Positions 1 through 12,700 of a DNA stretch of 64,000 nt are shown here, one piece after another. This DNA is from Welwitschia mirabilis (Eukaryota): assembly GCA_051453625.1 (NCBI GenBank), contig JBOZIK010000001.1, forward strand, positions 29,100,168-29,164,167. The letters run 5' to 3'. Position 1 is the first letter of the stretch. Each line of letters opens with the position of its first letter. Both the position numbers and the translations under genes were made by a program. The notes below the pieces were generated by a model that had not been told where the DNA came from, did not search any database, and worked only from the letters and a program-made list of their open reading frames with translations.

Positions 1-3000
1 TTGAGTGAAAAAGCAAAATGTTGGCTTAAGACCTTATCCTACAAAAGTCTTAAAACTTGAAAGGATACTACAGAAAGCTTTATCAAATGATTTCTTAGTG
101 AAAACACTTTGAGGTAAATACATTGTAAGCTAATCAATTTTCAATAGAAAGACAATAATAATTTTGCTTCATCTTGAGAAAGATTCCTAATTTTAGTTTT
201 AGCCAATCCCATAGATAAACTCAAACAAGAAGAATTAATCTATCATTTTTATAATGGCTTTACTAGTGTAACAAAAGAAATGGTAGATCTTTCTTATGGA
301 GGGAGTTTATTTCAATACATAACTGATGAATCTTGGTAACATTTACTAGACTTAGTTAAACTTAGCAAAGCATGGCCTAAGTCTAGAGAAAAGAAAACTC
401 TCAAGCAATCTTTAGGATAAATACATCATATAAAACATTGATAGGAAAAACGAAAATAAATCATTTACAAAGATGAAGATAGTAGTGATAGTGATAGATC
501 ACTTATAAAAAAAAAGAAGAAAATAATTAAGGAAGTGAAATTAGAAAAGCTCATACCACATCAACTTCTACTTATGAATTATGTAAAGAAAACTACTTAG
601 TTATTGAATGCCCATTTTTGCCAACTGTGAAGGAAGTGATAAGGGAAGAAGTATGATATGTAAATCAATCAGGCCCTAATCACTACAAAGGACCTTTCTA
701 CAATCAAAAAAAGCCTTATAATCAATCAAGTCATTCTCTCAAACTTGAGTATAAACCCTCTTTTAAACAGTCATATAATCCAATATATGAAGGATACAAT
801 CAACGCAAGGAGGATCCAATTAAGAAATCTATGATGGAGATAAGAAACATCCATGAACAAACCCATAAGAGTATTCATCAAATTAAAAAAAGCATATAAG
901 ATTTGGCTAGAGATATGCAACAAATTATGTTAGCCAACCAAAGACCACGAGACACATTAGCTTTCAACACATTGCCTAATATTAATGATGTGAAGAGATA
1001 TTAGAAGATAGTTAGCTAAAGAGGTATTACTACTACACCTGAAGAGCCACCTATAAATGATAACATTAAAGAAAGAAAGAATGAAGATGTAGAAATCTTT
1101 AATGAGATAGACTTTTCCTTGCACTTTCACTCTAACAAGCAAGAATGAATTACCAAAGAAAGGAATAAACCATCTAACTCCTTAGTTAGATAGACTCAAT
1201 CTAATCCAAGTTATGAAGAATACATTAAAACTATCATGAAAGACATTAATGTCATACTATCATTTTAGTGCATACTTTAAAACAACCCTAAGTATGCCAA
1301 AATGTGGAAGGACTTTTATAGGATGAAGTAAAAATATACATTATTAAGTAGAATGTTTTTAGCCCAATATATGGCTAACTTAGTAATGCAAAAGTATCCA
1401 AAATTCAAAGATCTAGGGGTAGTAACCATTAGTATGATCTTAGAAGGTAATAAAAAGGTTGAGAAGGCCCTTATTAACATAGGTATAATAAACTAAATAT
1501 AGATTAGTTTTTAGATGGAGAAATGATTATTGTTTTTTCTATTAAGTCAATTTTTTGTTTTTACTTTGATAAGATAAGAAAGTTTCTTTTGTTTTTTATT
1601 TTCCCTAAGAGTTTACATTGACGGGAGGGTTTGACACCTCAAGGTCAGCTCTTTGCCACCTGGGGCAGTAGCATGTTTCATGGCTAAGGTGATTAAAGCC
1701 TTTAAAAGGGAATTAGAGGAATAAATCTTTGTAGAGGATAAAGATGTGAACTACCTGCACATGGACAAAAAGAACCTATGAAGCTTTACTATTTTATAGG
1801 ATTGAGTTTGGGTTTTTCTTACATATCCTAGATAGGGAACAAGGAAGGACCCCTTGCAGGGGAGCCAAAGCCATTAGTGAAATACGTGCAAGTATGAACA
1901 TTATGACTCTTCACATTTCTAAAAGGCTAGGATTAGAAAATTGAATTAAACTAATAAAAATTATCTTGGAAATTACTAATTCAACATTAAGAGATCCTAT
2001 TGGAATTGTCAAAGATTTGGTTATCTAAATAGAGAAAGCCTACTATTCCATTAGTGTAATAATTATCAAAATTAATTACAATGGTGGTTATCCCATGCTT
2101 TTAGGTAGATCTTTTTGTACTACTTCCCACTGCATTATAAACAGTAAAACTAGAATTGTGGAACTTTATGTATATAGTAAAAAGATCCAAGTTCAAGTAT
2201 TTAATGTAGTGGAAAAGGATATAAGGGAGCCAAATGATAAGCTTAGTGAAGATATTTGATCAATAATGTTTTTAGCTAATCATTCACTTGAATTGAAGGC
2301 CCTCACACATGAATAACCAACTGTTTTTGATGATATAAAGGAATTCTTAACAATGTTAGAAAGTCATAATTCCATCAACCCTAGTGAACTTGATAAGACT
2401 ATGGAATCCCCTACGGAAGAAACATTTGACAACATCATAATCTAAGACATAGAAGACATAAAATCCATGGAAACAAATTTTGATAAGGATGGTTATGCAA
2501 CCCCTAATAGACATAAAAAAGTCAACTTTGAGATGAATTTGAAGGAGCTTAAAAAGAAATTAAAATACATTTTTATTAATAATAATACTAAAAAGCCATT
2601 AATCATTATTAGTCATCTCTACCCCAAAGCTAAGTAAGCATTTGTGTTACTCCTTACATCTAAATCTGAAGCTTTTCTTGGAGCCATAAGGACCTCTTTC
2701 CTATTCCATTACATATTATTCAATACAAGATATACCTAAAGGAAAATTTAAAACCTATAAGGCAATCTTAAAGATGTCTAAATCTAGCACTAAAATAAGT
2801 ATCTAAAGATGAGATCATTAAACTTTTAGATGCTAACATCATTTATCCTATAAGTGATAATGAGTGGGTTAGCTCATTAATTATAGTACTTAAGAAAGGT
2901 GGTAAGTGGAGAGTATGCATAGACTTTAAGAGACTTTTTCTTGATCAAGTATTGGATACAACCAAGTATGTATTGCAAATAAATATCAAGCAAAGGCTAC

Positions 3001-5290
3001 TTCAACCTTCCCTTTTGGTACTTATTCTTTTAGAAGAATGCCTTTTGGTTTATGCAATGCTCTAGGTACCTTTCAATGTGCTATGATAGGAATTTTTAGT
3101 AACCTTATTGAAAACTCCATCAAAATTTTCATGGATGATTTTAGTCTTTGGAGACTCTTTTGAGAAAACTTTAAATCATTTAGTACAAGTTTTAGAATGA
3201 TGTATTGAGAATGAACTTTACTTTAGTTGGGAAAAGAGCTATTTAATGGTTAATAAAGGGATATTTCTAGGACATCATATTTCAATTATAAGTATACAAA
3301 TGGATCCATCGAAAATTGTTGTCATAAAAAATCTTTTACCTCCTTCTAATATAAAACAACTTTGATTATTTTTGGAACATTATGGTTTTTATCGTAGATT
3401 CATTGAAGGATATGCAAAAATTTGTAAGTTACTTCATCAACTTTTGAAAAACGATGTTAAATATGAATGAAGTAATGCATGCCAACAAGCCTTTAAGAAT
3501 CTTAAAATTTCCATTACTGATGAACCCATAATGAGTGGACCAGATTGAAATAAGGATTTTAAGCTAANNNNNNNNNNNNNNNNNNNNNNNNNNNNNNNNN
3601 NNGCCCTTTTTAATGCTCAACTTAACTACACAACTACTAAAAAGGAAATGCTAGCAATCATCTTTTATCTAGACAAACTTTAACATTACCTCCTTGGTTC
3701 CCATACTTATGTTTATATAGATCATGCTACCATTAGATATTTAATGATAAAGAAAGATTCTAGTACACACTTGATATGATGGGTACTCTTATTATAAGAA
3801 TTTAATTTAACAATAGTGGACAAATCAGGAAAATAAAACCTAGTATCTGACCATATTTCTAGAATTCATTCAGTACTTCTCCTAATTCATCTAATTGATA
3901 GATTTATGATGATCTCCTAGATGAATAACTTTTTATGGTTGAACAATTTTATGAAGTATCTTTAAAACAACCTACTACTTGATATGTTGATATCATGAAT
4001 TATCTTGTCACACTTAAAACGCATTCTCATTAGAATAGAAACCAATGAAAATCTTTCCTTTATAGGATAGGTGACTATGAATGGATTGAACCACATCTGT
4101 ATAGGAAATGCAAAGATCAAATCACACATAAATGTATTCCCAAATGGAAGAAAAAAGACATTCTTCTTCTTTGTCATGGTGGATTTTGTGAAGTTAATTT
4201 TAGTGGTGCAAAGACTGTTATGAAAATATTACATTTAGGATTCTATTTGCCTTCTATATTCAAAGATTTCTTTGACTTCACTAGGAAGTGTGATTCTCGC
4301 TAATGATTTGGAGGTATTACTCAAACTCATGATATGCCTCTTACAACTATCTTGAAATGTGAACCTTTTGACTATTAGGGTATAGACTTTGTAGGTCCTT
4401 TTAAATCCCCTTCATGTGAAAAGCATTATATCTTAATGGTAGTTGATTATATAACAAAATTGGTTGAAGCCATTCCTATATAGACTTATGATTTAAAAAC
4501 TATTTGTCAATTTCTTAGATCAAACATCTTCCAAAGATTTGGATTTCATTAGGATTTTCATTTCTAATCAAGATACTCACTCTATTAATAAGATCCTTAG
4601 GAAACTCTTATTTTTTGTTGGAATTGGACATAGAATAGCTAAGTCTTATCATTCCTAATAAAATGGGAAAGCTGAAAATGATAACTAAGAGATCAAAAAA
4701 GTACTTTTGAAAGTTTGTCACAAGTCTTAAAAATGATGGATACTTCATCTTAATGATGTTCTTTAGGCTTATCGTATAACTTGTTATAATTTTTTAGGTT
4801 TCTCTCCTTATGAACTTATCTATGAAAAAACATGTATGCTTCCAGTCGATGTGTGCTATAATTCTTACAAAAATGTCCATCAACTTAACCTTGTTTCTTA
4901 TGCTAATATCCTTCAAGCATGCTTAACCTAATTAAACCACCATGATGAGAAGAGAATCTAGGCTCTCTATAACCAACTTATAGTTAAAGCTCAAGCCAAA
5001 AATGAACATGATAAAAACCTTATGCATAAATATTTTCACCCTAACTAGTATGTATAACTCTTTAATGCTAGACTTCATTTAATTCACAATAAACTAACTT
5101 CTAGATGGTTAGGCCCATATATAATTGAGAAGATGTATTCCAATGGTTCAATTAGGATTTTTAACCTAAAACAAATGAAATAATAAAGGTAAATGAACAA
5201 CATTTAAAGCATTATGAGTCACCTAATAATTACTCTTACTCAGTCAACATAGTAAAAGTAGTTGAGTTAGAGGATCCTCTCCTTAAAAAA
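1..5290 (+). pseudogene. gag-pol polyprotein pseudogene (gag, aspartic protease, RT, RNase H, integrase)
   Basis: Motifs translated by eye: gag LSEKAKCWLKTL (1) and KEMVDLSYGGSL (~275); PR KFKDLG..EKALINIG/ASMNIM; RT KLLDANIIYPISDNEWVS, WRVCIDFK, RRMPFGLCNA, IFMDDFS (~2820-3150); RH NYTTTKKEMLAI, IDHATIRYLM (~3625-3750); INT GIDFVGPF, VDYITKLVEAIP, SRWLGPY (~4380-5120). Many stops and frameshifts. Confidence 0.93.
1485..1882 (-). mobile_element. ~400-bp insertion (solo-LTR/TRIM-like) inside the protease active-site region
   Basis: It splits ALINIG|ASMNIM and is flanked by near-duplicate TAGGT (1480-1484) and TACGT (1883-1887). A TATA-like CTATAAAA lies on the minus strand at ~1792-1799. The termini are not clean TG/CA. 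Confidence 0.6.
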
Positions 5291-5778
5291 GAGAAGTCCC
5301 TCCCCTTTGATATGGTCTAGATGACTCCTTAATTTGACCTATTTTAGATTCATCAGACTACTTAATCATCCTTCACATGAACAATGCCCCATCACTAAGA
5401 TTCATGATGTTCAATAAGTGATGAGTTGGACTTTACCTAAAATCAAGATATTCAAATGCCTATGGATCCTTTATTCTAATTAATTACCTCATTATAAAAG
5501 TGCAATTACTTCCAAAATAAAAAGAAAATTGTGTTTATTTACATGCTATTCTACTGTAATAATACCATAGGGATAGTTGGCTTTTAGTCCATTCTCTTTT
5601 GGCATTGTGATATGGTAGCTATGGAGACTTCACCCAGGGGACAGTTGGTCATGATTAGGTTTTTACCTGTAGATCCCTTATCTTGTGGTATTGGTTGCAC
5701 CTCACTTATCATGAAGAAAAGTACCTCTTGATACTGAGTCTTCCTTTCTAAACAAACCCTTCCCCCATGTAAAAAAAG

Positions 5779-5850
5779 AAGAAGAAGAAGAAGAAGAAGA
5801 AGGGAGGAAAAAGGAAAAAAAAAAGAATAAGGAAAAAAGAAAAAGGAAAA
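5779..5850. repeat. (GAA)n / purine-rich low-complexity tract
   Basis: Directly visible gaagaagaag... followed by A/G runs. Confidence 0.9.
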
Positions 5851-8639
5851 TTAAAAACACTCAAAAATTTCTATGGGTACCTTGATGAGTGTCTTTTTAT
5901 AATCACTTACTTCTGAATCTATTATTTTTAAATCATTGTATCATATATATCTTTTACATTAATTAGTCTAACAATTATCCTATGTGGGTCTTATTAGGTT
6001 AGCATCTAGAATTAAAGGGACCAATCTTATTCATGATATTTAAATCCATTTCTTTCATACTTTAATACTCAAGTCAAAAATTCTGAAAATCAAATGGTGT
6101 TATCTTAAAATTATTATTGGGTTAAATTTTTTAGTGAAGTTAAGTTATCCATCATGAACTATATGCATTTTATCATTTAACTACTAGACTTAGAAAATAT
6201 TGCAAAAATGTTAGGACTTAATTTTTTGCATTTTATCTTTGATTCTCAATATGTGATTTCCATTTTCTATATCTCTAGCACCTTATGAGCCATTTCTACT
6301 TCAAATTTCTATTATGAATAATTTTTATATAGCCTTCTTAACATCCATGTAACTGCCCCATTTCCAATTCTGGATTTACCTTATGCATGTACATTCAAAA
6401 ACCCTATCATGTCATATGTCATTCCCACAATAAAGGCCATGACACTCATTAGAAGATTATTGTATCTTATGTTGTTCCCATCACAAAGGAAAAGATACTC
6501 TATTTCACTTTTTGGTAAATTCAGTATTTGATTCATGATCCTCACTCTTATCTTAGCTAGAAAAATTAAAAGCACTTAAACTTAGATGATTTTAAAATTA
6601 AGAAATTGCCTAAACCACTAAATTTTATTGGACTTTTTCATTAGGCTTCTTCAAATGCTATTCTTAGCCAATTGGAAAAATTCATCATTCTCACTAGGTC
6701 CTTCATAGATCACTTATCCTAGGTCCATGATTTCTTATCAACATTAAGCCTAGTTTAATCAAAATGTTTAAGTCTTATCTTCATCACATTGGCATTTTTA
6801 AAATTCCTAAGAATAAATTTTACTTTCATAAAAATTAAGTTTTGATTTGATGTACACCCACAACAAAGAACTAACTTCAAAATCTAGGCTTAATTAAAGT
6901 TCAAGAAGTTTGTCATCTCTTTGTTATTCACATGACAGGTGAGATGATTACTGTGAAATTTGCCATGGGTTTTTTGTATGGTCATGCCCTTTATCATTGG
7001 AATGCCAAAAAAAACATATTGTTACTTCTATCATCCCCTTGACATAAGAGATAACATCATTATAGTTTTTTTTCTCCCTCATTTTCAAACTAATTCTCAT
7101 GCCACTTGTTTCCTCTGACTTCTACCAATAACCTCACTTATCTTTGACCTTTAGAGCTATTAATTGTAAGCAATTCAATCATATTCCATTAAAATGAGGT
7201 AATTCTTCATCTTTTCCATGGTTTAAATTTTTAAATTTGCTTATTTATTTTATTTTAGGCCACATTTGATGATTTCTCTCTATACCCACCTATATTTTTG
7301 TCCAATCTATGCCTAGAAACTTATGGAATTGAATTTTGTTTGCTAGATTCAAAGTTATGAGTATTTTCCTCTAAAATTTCATGTTTTTTACTTTTTGGAT
7401 TTTTTTTCTCTTCACACACTCAATTCACAGTAGTTTTAGCCATGTTAGATATTAAATCAATCATTGTTTCATTAGCTATGGTTTGGTTCTTATGGAAAAG
7501 CATTTAGTTACCTATAAGCAAAGTTATGCATATTTTTCCCTTTTCTTTTAAAATGGCACATAACTATTTTATGGATTTATTCATGTAGTGATGTAAGTAT
7601 ATCCTCTTCTCAAACCCGCACATGCTCTACTACTACTTAGGCAGTATAGCAATGGGAGCAAGAGGCTATTCTACAAGAGTAAAGAAATAGCCTTGCTTCT
7701 ACCATTTACCAAAGGGAGATACACTTTGATGACTATATTTAGAGGCTTAAGCTTGACTTAGACCATACATTGGAGGAGGTCTATATTCGAGGCTAGTTAT
7801 TACATGATCATGGCTCTTACTATGAGGTGGAGGTTATTAAGTTTTACTAAACCTTTAAGGTTATCTCAGCCACCAGGGAGAATGGCTCATGTTATAACCA
7901 GATTAGATCCACTATAGGAGGATGTCACATATACATTAGGCCACAACACATCACAATAGTTACAGGGTTTTCAAAGACATGGAGAGGATTGATCTTAATG
8001 GGGGTAAGTTAGAGAGGCAAAGTTATGTCATCCAGCTAAATTTACTATATCATGTAGGTGATGAACAGTGAGGGGTAGTTATGACATATTTGCCTTTCTA
8101 TTACCTTATCCTTCACTGAGTCATTATCCATAACATAGCTCTAGTTTATTATGAATCACATGATATGATTGCCCATCTCTAAATTTTGATCCTTATTCAT
8201 CATGGAGAGAGGATGAACTTAGCCTCTTTTATTTGGCACTAATTGAGATGGATAAGCACCTAGCACTGATTTTCTACCATTACCTATCCTTATCTACTGA
8301 ATCCTCTCTTTTGATGATTTAAGATTCCCATTCTAGCAGAGACACCTTACTAAGTTCATATCTTAGCTAATGATACTTATTTCAGGCAATTGAGGATAGA
8401 GATCCCTAGTGTGGCTCCACTAGCTCTTGGTGAGGCACCTATAGCACTGTCACCTCCCCTTAGATAGTCTCATGTAGTTGGAGGCATAACATTAGATCAG
8501 TTCATGACATTACTAGGAGAAAGGAGCAGATATTATCTTCATAGATAGAGGATCTTCATGGCACCATTACCACATAACTCGATCATTTAAAGGCACATGT
8601 TAACACCATAGAGAAGCAGGGCCAAGCTATCTTGGAGAG

Positions 8640-9723
8640 TGTTGTGCTATCAATTTGTGATTATTTGATAGGATTTTATGAGTTATTTTGAAGCACTTTT
8701 ACATAGGTTTAAGTGCAATTATTAGTATTTTGGAGATTCAATAAGAAATCTTAGAAATGTGTAAATTTTGCTTAGATTTAATATATTAAAGGCACATTTT
8801 AATACACAGAGCTTTAAAGAAGTATTATTGACAAAAAATGCTAGTTTCTCCTTAATAAAATAATCAAAGCAGACCCTCATCCCCTTTATTATCCTCATAA
8901 TAGGTAGGATGATGACTATTAATATGAACTACTGAAACACTACTAAGTCATCATTTTGAGTTATATTTTGTAATGTACTGTCATCCTCCTTGTCATTTGA
9001 ATAACAATTAGAATGACACTGGTATGTAACCAGCTCTGACAGCGGACCTTCACCATTTCATTTAATTTTAAATTATAAATAAGTGCACCTAACCATGCCT
9101 TATTTTTGTCCTTTTTTTCTATATTTTCCTATAAGTAAGTTCCCCTTTAACTCTTCTTCTTATCTTTATTGCACTAGAAACTATCATGATAAGAGATTAA
9201 AGGGTAAAAGATCCATATTAAGCATTATAGAAAAATTTGTACTTGGTGAAGGGTTGTGTATCCTTCATTCAAATCCTAGCTATTTTGTAACCAAGGTGTT
9301 TGATACTCTTTTTTAATATTAACCTTGTTTTTTTTCATATTTACATTGTATATTTTCTAATGACCCTTATAGTCTATGTTACCTTTGACCTGGTGACAAT
9401 TTCTTTGGTGATATAAATTATCAAAGATAGCCTTTGTCAATGTTTAAATAAGTAGTATTAATTCATTTTGCATTCATCTAGATCAGTTTTACTTTGCATT
9501 TTCATTGCATTCCTTTATTTCCCTACATTGTTATTTATTTCTGGTTTCTATTCCATTTTGCAAAGTAATCTAAGTTTAATCTAATAGTCTTCAACATGAA
9601 TACAACATTTTGGGTCTACTCCCAATCATATTAGTGTGATGTATTATGTAAGATATCTATTTATTTTTATTAATGACAAAATTTTTTCAAACTTAAGCAT
9701 TTATACAAATACACACCACAACA
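8640..9723 (+). repeat. 5' LTR, family A
   Basis: TGTTGTG...CACAACA inverted termini; colinear with 14979-16051. Confidence 0.9.
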
Positions 9724-9726
9724 AAT

Positions 9727-9744
9727 TTGTGCTATTTCTGGGGA
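9727..9744 (+). promoter_or_regulatory. Decayed primer-binding site (tRNA-Asp type)
   Basis: ttgtgctatttctgggga resembles the Athila-type TGGCGCCGTTGCCGGGGA and lies 3 nt after the LTR end. Confidence 0.7.
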
Positions 9745-12700
9745 AGGCTATCGAGGAGTACAAGCATTGTCATCATTCAGGCGAGTATATTGGACCTTTG
9801 TTTAGTTATTTATCTATAGTAACATTGTATTTTATTAGAGCTATAGGTTTTCTATATGCACTTTTTCAGTTTCAGTTTTTTTATTTTAATTTTTTATAAA
9901 AATTAGTGATCATTCTCTCTGTCATCCACACGATTGATAGGATAATAGTGCATAATTTTTGTTCTCAGCTTTATTTTTGGATTTCAATTTTTTTGCAATA
10001 AATTAGTTTTTATTATTTTTTGTGATGTCTAGATGACCAGATGGATGACAGTCTTATTTTATGTATGTTTCACTTTCTATTTCTATTTTGGTTTTATTTT
10101 TGTTTTACTGGTTTCTATGTGTATCATCCCTTTTGTCATCCCCATGATAGATAGGATGATAGTGTTTTTTAAATTAATTATCTATTATCTTTTTTATTTG
10201 TAGAAACCATGATAAGGTTAGTCCAAAAAAAGTCTTATCAAAGAAAAAAGGAGTACTAATAGAAAAAAAGAACTAAAGAAGGATAGTTTAATTTTAGGAA
10301 TACAAACTCTAGGTGTATACATTATTTTTCTTTCAAACTCATTTTATTTATAAAACTTTAAAACTCGATCATATCTAAGCACCTGATTTCATCTTGAACT
10401 AAGATTTTCTTCTTCCCATTCTTCTCAAAAATGAATAGTAATAGAAGAAATCATATAAGTAGTCTTGTTGAAAGGTGTTAAAAAAAAAAAAACTAAGGAT
10501 AATAGTAATAAAACACTTGGGGAAATTCTTACTAAAAAAAGGGAAAAATAATTGAGGAGGATGGTAAGAAAACACTTAGAGAGATTTTTATAAAAAGAGG
10601 AAGGACAATATAAAAAAATGTTAAGAGTAGGAATTAGGTCCATTACTCTTTTTAACCATCTTATTATATCCCCTTTTCTTTTCAAAACCCATATAGGAAT
10701 AATAATGAAAATTTTAAAGATTTGACCTTATACAATAATTTTCACCTATCCCATCCATCTTCCATGAACTACTATAAAGAAGAAAATGATCCAATGAAAT
10801 AATTAAGGAACATAATAAAAATGCACCATGAAAATACTAGTAAACACATAGAAACTATGGTTGCATTTATTCAATAAAATCAAGGATCTCTTCTAATGCA
10901 AAATCTTCAAACCTATTCTTCTACATCTTTCCTTGAGGAAGATGAAAACAACTTAGGAACAAATGATTATGATTATGATTCTTTCTTTCAAATTGAAAAT
11001 AAAATTTTAAATCAAACTTCATCATCCTACTCGTTAGGATATGAGCAAAGGGAAAACAATGACAATTCGACTACATTTTTCAATAATGAATATGAGGATA
11101 ACTATTTATTATATGATGATGATAAGGCATTAGAAAACCATTTAGTAGATAAAGAATGAATTCATAAGAAATCTAAAAATTCTTTAATATATGATAGAAA
11201 TCATAATCATATTTTCTCTTCTAANNNNNNNNNNNNNNNNNNNNNNNNNNNNNNNNNNNNNNNNNNNNNNNNNNNNNNNNNNNNNNNNNNNNNNNNNNNN
11301 NNNNNNNNNNNNNNNNNNNNNNNNNNNNNNNNNNNNNNNNNNNNNNNNNNNNNNNNNNNNNNNNNNNNNNNNNNNNNNNNNNNNNNNNNNNNNNNNNNNN
11401 NNNNNNNNNNNNNNNNNNNNNNNNNNNNNNNNNNNNNNNNNNNNNNNNNNNNNNNNNNNNNNNNNNNNNNNNNNNNNNNNNNNNNNNNNNNNNNNNNNNN
11501 NNNNNNNNNNNNNNNNNNNNNNNNNNNNNNNNNNNNNNNNNNNNNNNNNNNNNNNNNNNNNNNNNNNNNNNNNNNNNNNNNNNNNNNNNNNNNNNNNNNN
11601 NNNNNNNNNNNNNNNNNNNNNNNNNNNNNNNNNNNNNNNNNNNNNNNNNNNNNNNNNNNNNNNNNNNNNNNNNNNNNNNNNNNNNNNNNNNNNNNNNNNN
11701 NNNNNNNNNNNNNNNNNNNNNNNNNNNNNNNNNNNNNNNNNNNNNNNNNNNNNNNNNNNNNNNNNNNNNNNNNNNNNNNNNNNNNNNNNNNNNNNNNNNN
11801 NNNNNNNNNNNNNNNNNNNNNNNNNNNNNNNNNNNNNNNNNNNNNNNNNNNNNNNNNNNNNNNNTATTTAGAGAGGAAGAGGAATTAAGCCAAGAAACAT
11901 TAGAATATATTTCATTAAATAATGAAAACAATGAGACATTTTAATTCTACAATCTTTCTAATGATCTTTTTAAGAAACCCACAAACATAAAAAATAAGAA
12001 TAATTCTCAACAAAATGAAAATGAAGAACTAAAAATAATCAATCAAAAAGACGAGAGAGATACACTGAATGACAAAAATATTCAAACAATCAACTCTCCA
12101 AATCACATTTTTGTCCTTAAAAGTAATGAACCATATCATCTTAAGGATTTGAGCTCAAACATCTTCCAATTTCTTCATTTAAAAGCTTCATGTGCAAAAG
12201 TAACATTGTTTCCTCATTTTCAAAGTCAACTCTACCATGTACTTCCATTGGTCATTCTTTTCCACAACAAAATTTGAGATACCTTGGTACTTTTAATTGG
12301 GAAGAACCATATCTTCTTGATCCTAATATATGTTTGAAATTAAATGTTAAATAGCTTCTTAGATATGTTAAATCTATCTTAATCTATTACACTAATAAGT
12401 TTCTTGCAAGTTCTTTGATATTAGATAAAGCCTCTCATGTTTAATATCAATCTCTAAATGCAATCTATGTTTGAAATCCTTCATTTTATGAGTTTGATAA
12501 GAGATTGTTTTTCAGATTGTTTTTCCATGATTTTTATGATTTTTTGTCTCTTACATTAATGCTGTGGAAAAAAATTGTCATGTATTTATGCAAAATTGAA
12601 AAAGCCTTATTTTCCTCTTAAGAATTCATGTCTTAAATCAAATGATAGGAAACATTTTAAAGATCCTTAAAAATTATCTTGGAAACTTCCTTTGAGTCCC

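Noticed and set aside
11191..11931. Long ORFs of 226 and 236 aa
   Set aside because: They consist almost entirely of N-gap codons.
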